From assembly GCA_028534125.1 (NCBI GenBank), contig CM052816.1, forward strand, positions 74,216,001-74,280,000: a stretch of 64,000 bases of DNA. The letters run 5' to 3'. The DNA is from Lama glama. Lineage: Eukaryota. The notes beneath the pieces are model-generated. The model did not search any database, was not told the origin of the DNA, and worked only from the letters and a program-made list of their open reading frames with translations. The position numbers were made by a program, and so were the translations under genes. Below are positions 51,555 to 64,000 of the stretch, piece by piece; position 1 is the stretch's first letter, and every line of letters begins with the position of its first letter.

Positions 51555-54464
51555 CTGTAAAAAAGATGAGCATTAGCATACATTCATGGTGATTCAGATC
51601 TTGCATCATTTAAAAAAGAAGCCCAGTGTTTGGTACTTGATGAGTATTTGTTATTTTGGAAGGTAATTTCCTGGCAGAATTCTCACTTATATATGAATGG
51701 GCTAACTATTACATCAGACATGCTGTGTTTCTTGCCAGGGAGCTCTGTGTCAACTCAGTTCCAAAATCATCAACAGCTTTCTACAGCTTAGCAAATAAAG
51801 GTCAGTACCACTCTGCCTTTATTTCAACGTCCTTCACATTATTTTTTTATTTACCACTATCTTCCCTTTCAAATCTTAAACCATATCAAACCCACATTAT
51901 ATACTGCTCCTCAAACCCTTCACTTTCTAAGAAGTTCCTTGCCTTAACACTAACCCTCCCTTCATGACTGCTTCATCAGTTTATCTCTGGACAAATCCTA
52001 CCACCCTTAAAGGCCCAATTTCAATGCCACATCTTTAGTAAAACCCTTAATACTTTCCTCAGGCTGGACTCTGTACGTGGCCAAATAATTAAAATTCATA
52101 GACATCTCTTGACTATAAGCTACTTGAGAGAAATGATTTTGTCTCTAAACTCACCACACATTATCTAACATGATGCTTCCCAAAATGCAAACACACAAAG
52201 TACGTATAAATGAATAAAGGCTAAAGTCACTTTCAAAATTAAGCTTCCACAATTCCAATCTTTATGAGTTTTGTGTTTAAATTTTGGCCCAAAACGATAC
52301 TCTACTTCTTTATGCTTTTCAATGCTATATATTGTTGTTTCAGTCTGCTAATGCAAGGCTATGAAAAGCTACTGTCAGGAACAAAGAGAAAACTATTTCT
52401 TGCAGATTGTTTTATGATAAGAAATGCCCAAGACCAAACTGCATACAATATGTACAACTACAAATACAAAATTACTTTTACGTTCTTCCCATGAACTTTA
52501 TACACTTGAATGTGGCCTTGAGGACAACAGTAAGAATATTGGTGGAATATCCACCACCCCTCATTTATATAAAGAAAAGATATCATTCAGGAAGTCAGAA
52601 CTTCCAAGTTTTAGTCCAGGCTCCCTATGACCTCTGATCTGGGGCCAACTCAGACCTCCGAGCCTCAGAAGACTCATCTTCAAAATGCCTGAATACAATC
52701 AGAATGTTAAGAAGCACCATAAAGTATAATATAATATGACCAAGCTACATGATACCAAATAAGCAAACTAAAAATAACTGGATTCACTGAAAGCTAATTT
52801 TATTTGGGTCCCCTAATCTTTTTTCTCCTGGTTGTCTTTCGACCATGTTATATTTTATTATATGAGAGTAGCCTTAAGGACAGACAACTAGATTTTGCTT
52901 TTTTTCTTTAAAAGGAATTTTGACACAACATTTAAAAGTGCAACAAAAATCTTTCCTACAAACAATGTGCAAATTTTTCCTGAAGGAGAATATTTTCATT
53001 TTTAATCAAACACATATATATGCCTGATATATTTATATGTATCAGGCATGACTTTGAACACTCTACAAGTATTAAAACTCATTTAATCCTCATAACAACC
53101 CTATGAAGTACTATTACAATCCCCATTTTACAGATGAGGCAATTGGGCATGGAGATTTTTAAATAGGATGATGGCAGGAAACATTCCTGCTTGGGAGTTT
53201 GAATATCCATGGTCCCATTCACTACAGGACTGCAATCTCTTATTCATATTTCCGAAGTCCCCCAAATCTCTTAAAACCAGAAAATTTCCTATAAATTTGA
53301 CTGCATCATTTTTTTCTGAACTGACATGAGGCTATTTATAGTCTTTATCCCACTTAGCATAAATGTTAATAAGCTATGATGCTGGATTATTACTTGGTTA
53401 TAGGATATTGCTCCAGACCCTACCAGGCATATCATGTAATGCACATACTGCACTACCTTAGAAAATTCTAAAAATTTGTAATCTCAAGAAGCATCTGGCC
53501 TCCAAGGATTTGCAGACTTAGTTCCAAAGCTTGGTTAATCAGAATCACCTGTAGACTTAAGCAGGGGTCCCTGATCTCCAGAATCAAAACTGGGATAGAG
53601 AATTGTTTTTCGTGAGCACTCTAGGTGCTTCTTATGTGACCAGTCCAACATTGGTCCTAGGAATAAACCAATGACCCAACTAATTAGCTAACATGAACCA
53701 AACTGATAACACGTCCAGGTAAGTGAATGGTTGGGTGATGCTGTATAGCTGCAAAAATATTTTATACTCTATCAGGAATAGTCTGGTAACTTTCAAATTT
53801 CAGCCCATTTTCTCATCAACCCCTTATTCCTTTCATAATGTAAGTGTGTAGGAGAATACATTTTTTACAAGCAAATATCTAAGCAAAACATTAATATGAA
53901 CACCTTAATCTTAGTCATTTTTCCACTTAGGAAGGGGCAAAGGGGAGAAGCATTCTGGAATTTCTCTAGTCTTAGGGAATTCCTCAGTTGGTGGAAAACT
54001 CCTACTCAAATAAGATGTTTGAACACGTGCTTAGATGTTTTGTCTTTGATATTAGGGGCTAAAATTTTGCACACAATGGCAGAGTTGCTATTTGAGAGAA
54101 ACTAGGTGCTTATGGATCTGTGGTTTCAGGAGTAAAGACTGGAGTTAGAAAATTGGAGGCTCGGGTTAAGAGAAAGCTTTTGTGTTCTCAACTAGGGCAT
54201 AAATGTCTGTTTAAGATTTTATGTGGCGTGAGTCCAAGTCACAAAGCTGAACTGGGATGCAACTGGCTTTGAGGACAACAATTTCACTTAAGTCAAAGGT
54301 TAACTTGTCATTCTTATCAAAGGTAACTTACTTCACCAGCAACTTAGGAAACGGGGAGAGAGCTGGTTCAGCTTGCATCTAATGACAGTATATGCTCATA
54401 AAGCATATTACAATTTAAGTTTCTTTTACATACATGTCATTTGCTTTTACAAACCCCTATAAGG

Positions 54465-54800
54465 CAATGGTTCTCAACACTGGCTGCATGCTGGACTTGT
54501 CCTAGGGCAGTGCTGTTCTAACTCTGCTGTACACAGGAATCATCTGAGGATCCTGTGCTGATTCAGTAGGTCTAGGATGGAGCCTGAGAGTCTCCAGTTC
54601 TAACAAGCTCCCAGGTGATGCCCAGGCATCATGGTCCTCAGACCACACCTCAAATAACAAGGACCTAGAGAACTGTTAAATACAGATGGTTAGATCTCAC
54701 CCCTCAAAGATTAATTGATCTGGAGAAAAGGCTTGGGTACTGGTACTTGCAAAAGCTCCCCTGGTGTCTCTAACGTGCAGCTAAGGATGAGAACCATCAC
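54465..54800. mobile_element. Nested MER5-like hAT MITEs
   Basis: caatggttctcaac...; inner gtgctgattcagtaggtctaggatggagcctgag...taacaagctcccaggtgatgc. Confidence 0.65.
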
Positions 54801-54809
54801 CATTCTACA

Positions 54810-55800
54810 GACAGGAGTTCCAGTTTTAGCTAGGATGGAGAAAGCATACTCTACCCTAACTTATCCATTGATTCCAACTAAATATCCTGGACAGAATACA
54901 TAAAGCAAAATATACAAGGACTCTGAAGAATAATTAGAAGCAAAGAGATTGGGGAGAGAAATCAGAACACAAAGAACAGCAGTAAGTTTTCTGGTTTTAC
55001 ATTTTTTTTCTCCTACATATCCCATGCTGAGGACAGCCCAACTCCTGTTACTGGGCAGCAGGTGCAAATAGAAAAAGCTCCAAAAGAAACTCTTTCTGGC
55101 TCTAGAACCAGGAAAGGGGATGGACAGTATGTGTGTAGGTGGGAAAAAAAACCAATTTTTATTCCTCTCTCTCAGCCCTGCTTCAAGACAAGCCCCAGTT
55201 CTGATGCTGCACATCTGTGGCTGGCTGCCACCAAGCAGGCGCCTAAACTCTAAGAGAAAGTTCTCTCTGGCACAGAAGTAGGAAAGAGACAATAATCTGA
55301 AGCACATGGAGAGAATTCCTGTCATTTTCTTCTCTCACCACTTTGTCCAGGAAATGGACCCCACTGCCGGAACTGTACAACAGCACAGGGAGGCTAAACC
55401 CCCAATTTTCCAGCCAGAAGACCAGGAAAGGGAGCTCCTGGGAGCTAAAGTACAGAGGAAATCAGGAGGGGGAGCTGGATTAAGGTCCTTTTATCTGTGT
55501 ATGCAGTCTTGAGCTCACCACTGAGCTGCACACATGTGCAACTGACCTGAGGCTGCACAGCAAAGGCTTTGAGAACTGCACTGTGGTGTGGACTACTACC
55601 CAGATCCACACACCTGGGACCTGAATAGCACAACAAAGGTTCTGAAAACTAAATTAGAATTGGATCCACAATCCACCCGAGGCAGCCTGAACTTAACCAG
55701 GTTGAGTGCCTACTAAAACAAAATAAACCAAAATGACAAAAGCATTATAGAGGATTTTAACATCACCCAAAATTACTTGACATATTTTGTACATTCAAAA
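54810..55800 (+). mobile_element. Old L1 5'-region fragment
   Basis: ttccagttttagctaggatggag...; gctttgagaactgcactgtggtgtggactactacccag; resembles an L1M 5' end. Confidence 0.5.
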
Positions 55801-57725
55801 AAAAAAAGGAAGCTAAGATGTCCAATGTTACACAACTGACAAACAGTAAAGATGGGACTACAACTCGGATTTTCCAAGTACATGCCCATGGCTTTCTCTA
55901 CAGCTAGGTGGCCTAGCCAGGTAGTACAGCAATCCCAAAGTTAAGGGCTTAAGAGACACTGAGCCAAACTGATTCTTTAAACTTGAATCTGGCAAATAAC
56001 CAAAAGAACAAGAATGCTTTTATATTTTTCTTTCTTATTTTCTATAGTTTAAATACTGAAGGCTTGGGTATCCTGTTCTATAAATGGACACAGCAGGTCA
56101 GAAGTGTAAGAGGCAATCTCAAGGTGATTCGTCTTCAGAAGACCCTACTTCTCTAGGTAGGTCAGTACTCCTCGCTCCACCAGCAATGGATATTCAAGAT
56201 TGAGTGACTTATTTTTTGACTTTTTAGGATTCTGCTCAGAAGTTAACTCCTCTTTGAAATCTTTCCTCTCTCTCTAAAGCAGATTAAACTACTCATGCTC
56301 CCTCCTCAGAGAAATCATTCTGTAATAAAAGTCTCTGCAACACTTTTTGCACGCCTTTACCAGTTGCTTATCCATGATCAAGTTTGCAGATTCTCCAAGG
56401 GCTGTCTTATTCATCGAATCCTCATTTCCTGGGTCTGGGACAGTATAAGAGGTATTAGATTTGATAAGTAGTCCCAATTTACTAAGCTTTGACAATGCAC
56501 CGAACACTGTGCCAAGCACTCTGAATATATCATTTCAATTAGTCATTAGTACAAGCTTACTGACCCACTTTTCAGATGAAGAGGCAAATATGCAGTTGAG
56601 GTAAAGTAACCTGCCTGGGGTCTCAGTACCTCAGGTGAATAAATGGATGAAATTTTGCCTTGTAATAGAAACAAATACCATCTAGGCTGCTGGATTTTCA
56701 CTTCAGTAAGCTTTGAGGATTTCCATTATGCCTGTGCTGTGTCCATCACAGATAATCAAAAGATAATCTATTTATGGATGTATCAGCCAGAATGCTAGAT
56801 AAGCTGGAATGATCAAAATAAGAGGATATTAATTCTACGTTTTCTTTGTTCCCCTGGGCACCAAATTTCTCTAAGGGAATAATTCATAACAGAGAATATA
56901 TACCCAGTGAAAGAGATACAAAACCAAAACTCAAGAATCCTGATCAAGAAGCTAATGTTCTATATTTACGTAGGCAAGCTGATTTATTTCCTGTAGCTTT
57001 GGACGGGGAGGGAGGAGGAGTTAGGTACTGTAGTAGCAGAAAACAAAGGCATGGGAATTAATAGCACAAACTGAATCCCTTGCTAGATGACCACCCTCAG
57101 GTAGGTGCCTTTTGGTGCCTGCTCCCTGATGTGCAAATTGGAAATATAACCACTTATTTCAAAGGACCGCTGTGAACCTCAGAAAATGCACACAAACTAC
57201 ATAACAATACCTGGCACTTGGTGGGCTATTATTACAAAATTCAAGCAAGTACAAAAGTCACTTCCTATTTCAAGACCTTCTGGACCCTCTAGAACTTCTG
57301 AATGCTACTTCAGTTCATCTTCCTAGCCTTTTTCATATTATAGCAGCCCACTTCACACTGTCCATGTCATCTGCACCTCTGCTAGTACAGAAGCCTGCAG
57401 CATCTCCACCAGTCTGAAACATAAGCCCACTAAATATGATGGAAATTCACTTTTAATATACATTTTCAAAAGACAGTGATTGCTGGTTTTAGCAATGAAA
57501 AAGACTCTTTAAGAGACCAACAACTACCATCTAACCTAAGAGTTTTTCCTGGTAGATCATTTTACCAAGCACTTTACTAAGAATTCTCAGGTGTCAAACA
57601 CTTTATCCAGTCACCTAATAGGAACCATTGATGCCTATTTCCCATGGTACCTTGCTAAGTTAACTGTCCAAAACTTAATCAAATTATAATATTTGCTAAA
57701 TATTGTATTTAAAACAAGCATTTAC

Positions 57726-57827
57726 CTTCTATCTCCACCAAAGGTTCCTGAGTAAACTCCTGAAAGAATTTGTAGAAGAACTTGCTGCAAGCAGCCAAAA
57801 CAGCCTTGTGGGCCTTAAAATGGTGTC
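57726..57827 (-). CDS. ZNF131: ZNF131 coding exon 2 (GHHFKAHKAVLAACSKFFYKFFQEFTQEPLVEIE), BTB domain
   Basis: ttttatctag| acceptor, G|GTAAAT donor, 102 nt; BTB signature FKAHKAVLAACS. Confidence 0.97.
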
Positions 57828-58821
57828 CTAGATAAAAAAAGAAAATTAAGTCATTCATATTCACAAAACCAAATAAAAAACTATAAAACAAATTAGAAAA
57901 TTAAAGTAAAACAGATTTTTAATATAATTATAAAACTATATTCTGGGCAGGTATCTTGACAAATTTTAATCTCAATTAGACACGAAAGCAGATCTTTGCC
58001 TCAAAAACCTTATTAAGCCAGTTTTTTTAAAGGCCATCTTAACAACCTTTTCAGGAGGTAAGGAGCCTCCTACCACATAAGCCAAAGGCATATCCTATTC
58101 AGTTGAAACTGCTAAATATAAACACAACCCAAAAGGTTATACATCATTTGAAAAAAGAACAAGCAACAGGATAATCACCAAGCTGAATGTGCTTGCTAAG
58201 GAATACATTTACTATGCCTGATCCTTGGAAACTCAATCTACAGCAGACGTAGAATAAATAATTTTTTACCTTGAAAAGTCTGTTTTCACTACATAGAAAA
58301 GCTATCCAAGCTGGGTCTGCCTCCATTACAATGACAACTCCTAAGACTGGTAAAGGCCCCATTTTATTTCGGGGGCTTACCAAAGACAGTACTAGTGCTG
58401 CAAAGGAATCTCTCACGTTTTCCCTCCAAGACCATTTGGGAAACTAGAAAGAATTAACAATTCCCAAATGACTCCAGTGAGAGATATCTCAAAGCAGCTT
58501 ATCAACAGAAGGCTATTAGCCAAACATTTAGAGACATTCTCCCTATCCCCATGCCATCATCCTGCACTGAAGTGTGTAATGAGAACACTTGAAAAGGCTG
58601 CAAGAAGTTAAAATGTGATGCTTCTGTTGAAAGCGTGACTAGCCTTCTGCAGCATGGTCTACGTGAGCGGACACTGGTTAAGTGTCCTCAGGTCTCAGCG
58701 TACAGCCTATGCAGACTTTTGATAGGGAGTCTACAGAAGGTGGGTAAAAAAAGGCGAGTGGGGGAAGGGGAGATAAGAACTGAAGCCACAAATTCGCTCC
58801 TCAGCCCACCACTCTACCTAC

Positions 58822-58945
58822 CGTCGACAATCAGGGTGATGTCAGTAAACCGGTCCTGCTCTCGCTGTTCATTCAATCGGTCCAGGATCATTTTATGATG
58901 TTCAGGGAACTCCTGAAGGCATTCCATCGTCTCTTCGGCCTCCAT
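58822..58945 (-). CDS. ZNF131: ZNF131 first coding exon, coding part (MEAEETMECLQEFPEHHKMILDRLNEQREQDRFTDITLIVD), start of BTB/POZ domain
   Basis: ATG in strong Kozak context (GCCATGG) at 58945; acceptor ttttgtag| before 58960; donor G|GTAGGT after 58822; 124 nt, phase 1; recognisable ZNF131 N-terminus. Confidence 0.97.
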
Positions 58946-59099
58946 GGCCGTCGGGTTGCTCTACAAAAGAGGAGCATGATAATGTACACCCATGAGCTCG
59001 GGCTAAGGAACAAAACCCCTAAAGCATAAATTAACAACAACAAAAAACAAAACCAAAAACCCAGCAACGTGAAAAGAAAGGGGGAGGGTGAGGCAAGAG

Positions 59100-60320
59100 G
59101 AGAGGAAGGCGAGGGAAGAAAGAAAGGCGAGCCGGGCGGCCGCCGCGCGTTGGGGGCCGGAGCCGCGGCCGCGGGACTCCGAGCCTGACCTAATTGGAGT
59201 CGGGAGACGCGAGCTGGAGCGGGTGGGCACAGCGCCGGAGGCTCCGGGCGCCGGGCGCGCAAGTCCGGCAGGGGAGGAGACCCGACAGCCACGGCGGCCC
59301 TCTAACGGCCCACCGAGCCCTTTGGCTTGGCCCTGGCTGCCGCCGCCCCGGGACCCGGTCCGGCCCGCGGCCCACAACGACTCCCGGGTCGCCTCTCCCT
59401 CCCCCGCCCTCCCTCTTCTCCCCCGCCCCGACCGGACCGGCACTCACTCAGGGAAGGAGGAGCGGCCTGGGCCTGCGCGTCACTTACGTCGACGTGCTGC
59501 GTCACCGCGTCAGGCTCCGACTGACGCGGACGCCTACTAAGCGCAGGCCAGGGAGTGGGTGCGTCGCGCCCCCGCCTGGCCTCCTCTAGTGGCGGGGCGG
59601 GGCTTATCTAAGGGATTTGGCGCTAGCGAGGGCGACGCGGCTCGCGCAGGGAGGAGGAAGTCCGGCTGCGGCGGGGTCGGCACGGTTTAGGCCTGGCTTC
59701 GTCGTGGGTGGGGCTCCACCTACCACCCGCCCGCACCAGACTCCAGGTGTGAGCACTTCCGACCGGACCTAAGAATAAACTCGTAGCCGGTTCCCGGTGC
59801 GCTTTTATACTCTGCTCCCGCACGCCAGCCCAGCCCCGCCCCGCCCCGCCCCGCCCCGCCCCCTTCCTCTCGAGGCCTAGGTCCCGCCGCCTTACCTAGC
59901 TCACGATCCTCCCTCTCTCCTTTCCGTCTCCGAAGGCTTTCCTTCTCTGCTGTCCCCTCTCGGGGCGTAAGTCGCCCCACACTCTTCCCTACCCCTAAAC
60001 ACCAGCTCGCACGCCATCTCCCCGCGAGTGACCGGGCGCTCCCTCCGCTTGGTCCGGCTGGCGCACGTGCGCTCACTCCGAGACCCCGGCGGCCGCGGCG
60101 CGGGCTGCGGCGGCCACGGGCGCGAGCACGTTCCGGCCGCCTGGGATCTTCCTCCCGGGTGCCCGCCCTCTCCGTGCTCGGCGGGCAGCACGTGTTTGCT
60201 AGGCACAGGACCTGGATCTGCTCGGGTTATTTACACGTGATGCTGTTACTGGAGCTCTCCATTCCCCAACTCCTGCGTTTTAAGAGGCTAGTAACCCATA
60301 ATCAGCCTCACGTGACTGGG
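59100..60320 (-). promoter_or_regulatory. ZNF131: CpG-island promoter of ZNF131 with alternative non-coding first exons
   Basis: Very high GC and CpG; minus-strand donors TAG|GTAAG (exon end 59896), GAC|GTAAGT (59488), TGA|GTGAGT (59448); TATAAAAG at 59802-59809; (GGGGC)6 at 59833-59862; ETS CGGAAGTG ~59754. Confidence 0.88.
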
Positions 60321-60479
60321 TCATTCCTTCATTCATTCTGAAAAAAAAAAAATGGCTTTTTGAGGATGAAATAGTCAAGATTTATTCTTGTCAAGACTTA
60401 CTTATTCTTATCTCCCAAAAGAAAGATTAGGATTAGGGAAGAATTTAAATAGCTGTATGCAAGAGTAACTGTAATAATT

Positions 60480-62300
60480 ATTTCAACATACTTATTGAGA
60501 GCCAACGTTGTGCTAGCTACTGTAACAAGGCGTATGTACTTTCTGCCTTCCCAGTCTTAGTATGATGGAGTAGATAGACATTTTGAATAGTTAATTGCTT
60601 GAGTGCTGACTGCTGAGTGTTATGAGATATGAAGAACAAGATTATCTGGGTCAAGGAAAACTAGCAGTCTATAAGGAGCAATATGAACTCTGACTGTTCT
60701 TAGCCAAGAAAATAACATGCAGAGGCACCAAGATTATAGCATAGTGAGAACTGAAAGAATGTTACTGGAACAGACCTACAGGGGCCTTGTAAACAATGTT
60801 AAAGATAGTAGATTTTCTTAATAATCACAAAGGGAAGTATCGAAAGTTGAGCAGGATAGTGACATGGTAAATTTTACTTTTTAAAGAGAGAATTCTACCC
60901 CCAATATGGAGAATAGATTAAATGGGACCAAATACAAGCAGAGACCGGTTGGGAGGCTATTAGTAATCTAGATAAAACCATGGTGGCAATTGGGATTAGA
61001 AAACTAGATGAAATCTAGAGAGAATCAACATTGGCTGGAAAGCATGTCATAGGTACTAAATAAATATGTTGGCTATGTTTATGTCAAGTGAGAACTGTCA
61101 AAGGTGACTTCTAGATTTCTGATTTGAGCTGGTAGATTTTTGGTACCATTTATCAAAATAGGGAGTACAACTGGAGGAACTGGCTGGGGAAAGAAGAGGA
61201 AGGAGAGGGATAATTTTAAAGACAATTAAATGGAGATGATGTCAACAAGGCAGTTTATATATGGATCTGATAGAGCTTGGAGGAGAGAACTAACCTTAGA
61301 GATTCTGAAAATTTTAGCATAAAGTGGATATTGAAACCATGAAAATAGATGAGGTTGTTTTAGGAGAATCTGCAAGAATGATAGACTAGCAGCTTATAGG
61401 TTAAACTGGACTTGCAGTGTTTTAATATTGTCATCATTACTATTCACAGAGTGATTTTTAAGATGAAGAAACTGCACCTAGAGATAGGTATTTTGGAAAT
61501 TCCAGTATATAGGGCTACTTTCCTGTAAAACAACAATTGGATTAAACCAAATAGAGACTAAAATCTCTCTATGGGATTTAAACTATCTAGTTCACCATAG
61601 CCCCCACTACTTTCTAATGGCTTAGACCCAGCACGTATTATTCCTTTTTACTTGTCTTTTTCCAAAAGCATTTGAATTTGGACTCTTGGTCTATAGGAGC
61701 AGAATAGAAGAGGGTGTAAGACTTTATCCCTGAGAAGTATTACTGTTTATGGGTTGAGTAGGAAAGGAAGAACCTGAAAGGAGAGTATGGCAGCTGGAGA
61801 AAGGAGGAAAACCAGAGAAGTGTAACATCAGGGAGGTTAACGTTTCAAAAGAGAGGATGTAATCAGTAGTACCAAATGCTGCCAAGGGCTCAAGCTAAAT
61901 AAGGATTAGGAATGGCCCATTATTGGGTGACGAGAAAGAGTCTATATCCAAGTAGGTTAAGGAATAAGTAAGTAGAAAAATTGAGTTGACAATGCTAGAA
62001 CTCTCATTTTAAAAATGAGGGAGGAGAGAAAGGAGTATCTGTAGAGGGTGATGGGTCAAGCCAATTTTAGTTTTGTGTTTTGAAAAAGGAGAGACTTAAA
62101 TGCTGATAGGGAAAGATCTAGAAGTGGAAGAAGATAAAAATAAAGAAGGAAAGGGGGCTAATTCTGCAAGAAAGGAAGAGACTAGAGAAGATGAAGTTGA
62201 GAGGATATCAACCTTAGATAAGAAGGATCTCTCTTTTATTAGCACTGAAAAAATTAATAGATTGGGTGCTCTTAGGAGTATAGATTTGCTTTCAAGAGGC
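60480..62300 (-). mobile_element. Decayed L2 element
   Basis: ttcaacatacttattgagagccaacgttgtgctag; gagaccggttgggaggctatt; gtcaaaggtgacttctagatttctg. Confidence 0.65.
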
Positions 62301-62429
62301 TGAGAAAATTTCCATCTAGTGGAGAACCTCTATTTTCTCTATAAATAGGTGGCCAGGTCATCTACTAAAAGCCAAGATTAGGAGAAGGGTGTGTGTGTGT
62401 GTTGGGGAGGGAAAGTTTGAGACTGGGAG

Positions 62430-63210
62430 ATGTAGTAGTTATTTAAATGTGTATAACAAATCGCCCCAAACTGTAGTGGCTTAAAATTGTAGTGTTATTT
62501 CACAGTTTCTGTGGGCCAGAAATGTGAATGTCACTTAGCTGAATTTTCAGGGTCTCACAAGTTTCCAATCAAGATGCCACCTGGGGCTGCTGTCATCTCA
62601 AGGGTAGGGCAGCATCTGCTTCCAAGGTCATTTAAGTGTTTGTTGATAGAATTCAGTTTCCCCTGGGCTACTAAACTGATGGCTTCAGTTTTCTCTACAC
62701 CACCTCCCACCATTTGGGGCTCATCATAGGGACTGACAGCTAGATTCCATCCAAGAGAGCAAGAGAGAGCAAGCAAGACAGAAGCCAAAGTCTTTTTTTG
62801 ACCTAATCTCAGAAGTGACATTCCATCACTTTTGCCGTAGCCTATCTGTTAAAAGGAAGTCACCAGGAGCAGTCCACAAAGGAAGGTATACCTCAGCAAT
62901 ATTGTGAGTTCAGTTCTACTGCAACAGACTACTGTAATAAAGTACATACCACAATAAAATGAGTCGTGAACTTTTTTGGTTTCCCAGTACATATAAAAGT
63001 TATGTTAATGTTATACTGGAATGTATTAAGTGTGCGATAGCATTATGTCGAAGAAAACAACTTACATACCTTAATTTAAAAATAACTTTATTACTTTAAA
63101 AATACTAACCATCATCTGACAACACAGGGTTTCCACAAACCTTCTATTTGTGAAAAGCACAACATCTTCGAAGTGTAATAAAGCAAAGTGCAATAAAATG
63201 AGGTGTTTCT
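62430..63210. mobile_element. MLT1-like LTR (~62430-62880) followed by a Tigger-like DNA element (~62885-63210)
   Basis: ccccaaactgtagtggcttaaaa...ctaatctcagaagtgacattccatcacttttgcc; ttttggtttcccagtacatataaaagttatg...aataaagcaaagtgcaataaaatgagg. Confidence 0.65.
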
Positions 63211-63914
63211 GTACTAGAGGCATGATCATTGGGAGCAATATTAGAAGCTGCCTACCACAGAACAGAATGGAAAGATCTGTAACGGACTTTGGACATAGTA
63301 ATATCATAGTAGCATCAGTAAGATCTAGTAGAAGTTGGTGACCACAAATTTATATGACAGCAGTCTGTCAGAGGTGATTTCTTCCGGAAGCATTTAGTAA
63401 TCAGGTACCTACAAGGATCAGTGACTTAAGAATGAAGTTAGTTTTAAAACACAGTTCTCCATGGTGCAGATTTTGTGTCAGTTAATAACAACCAGGTTTA
63501 TAGATGTTCTCTCAAGGTGAAAATGGAGTTCAAACTTAAGGAGAGTTGACAAACTAAGGGCAGTTCTGGCTATCTTAGTGGTATCCCTGTATGTGATTCA
63601 AGGCAACATTGGGAAGGAGACTGCATTGTGGGTAAGAGTTTGGTTTGAAACATGGCATGGGTTGAAGTCTTGGTTCAACTTAATAACTGGGTGACTTTGG
63701 GCCACTTGTTTAACTTCATTAAACTTCCCTTTCCTCACCTTTAAAATAGCGTTGTTGTGAGAAGCAGATGAGATAAAACATGAGAAGCACTTACATTAGT
63801 ACCTGGTACTCAGTGAGCTTTCACTAAATGGTCATCATGGTTATGCCCCAGTATAAGGTTTATATTCTACTTGCTACCTGCTGTGATTTTTAAAAAGGTA
63901 CTTATGGATCAATG

Positions 63915-64000
63915 AGGTCTTCTAAATAGACATTTCTCTGAAGAAGACATACAGATGGCCAACAGACACATGAAAAGATGTGCCACATCGCTAATTATTA
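63915..64000 (+). mobile_element. L1 fragment running off the window end
   Basis: ctaaatagacatttctctgaagaagacatacagatggccaacagacacatgaaaagatg. Confidence 0.85.

Noticed and set aside
53020..53049. Hairpin ATGCCTGATA...TATCAGGCAT
   Set aside because: Only 30 nt, too short for a pre-miRNA, and one arm is the edge of a MIR/L2 remnant
58888..60240. Many overlapping ORFs at the ZNF131 promoter
   Set aside because: GC-rich artefacts; only 58822-58945 is supported as coding

Overview
Mammalian genomic DNA, probably camelid, judged from four copies of a tRNA-derived SINE resembling Vic-1. The main content is a complete, intact ZNF131 (ZBTB35) gene on the minus strand. It has a CpG-island promoter (~59.1-60.3 kb), six coding exons (124+102+145+686+131+684 nt = 1872 nt, 623 aa: BTB domain, six zinc fingers, acidic tail) and a 3' UTR ending near 31.37 kb. 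A second CpG island at ~24.9-26.0 kb has minus-strand splice donors and RFX X-boxes. By synteny it is probably the NIM1K promoter with non-coding first exon(s), so 1-24.9 kb would be its repeat-rich first intron; no kinase coding sequence is visible. ZNF131 intron 4 holds a decayed two-LTR class III (ERVL, LTR40-like) provirus that keeps a gamma-type env remnant. It is nested in an L1 and itself interrupted by a MaLR LTR. Other points of note are a 102-nt in-frame exitron that removes zinc finger 1, candidate poison exons and a ~54-bp minisatellite. I found no convincing wholly new biological system. Repeat family names come from recall, not from database searches.
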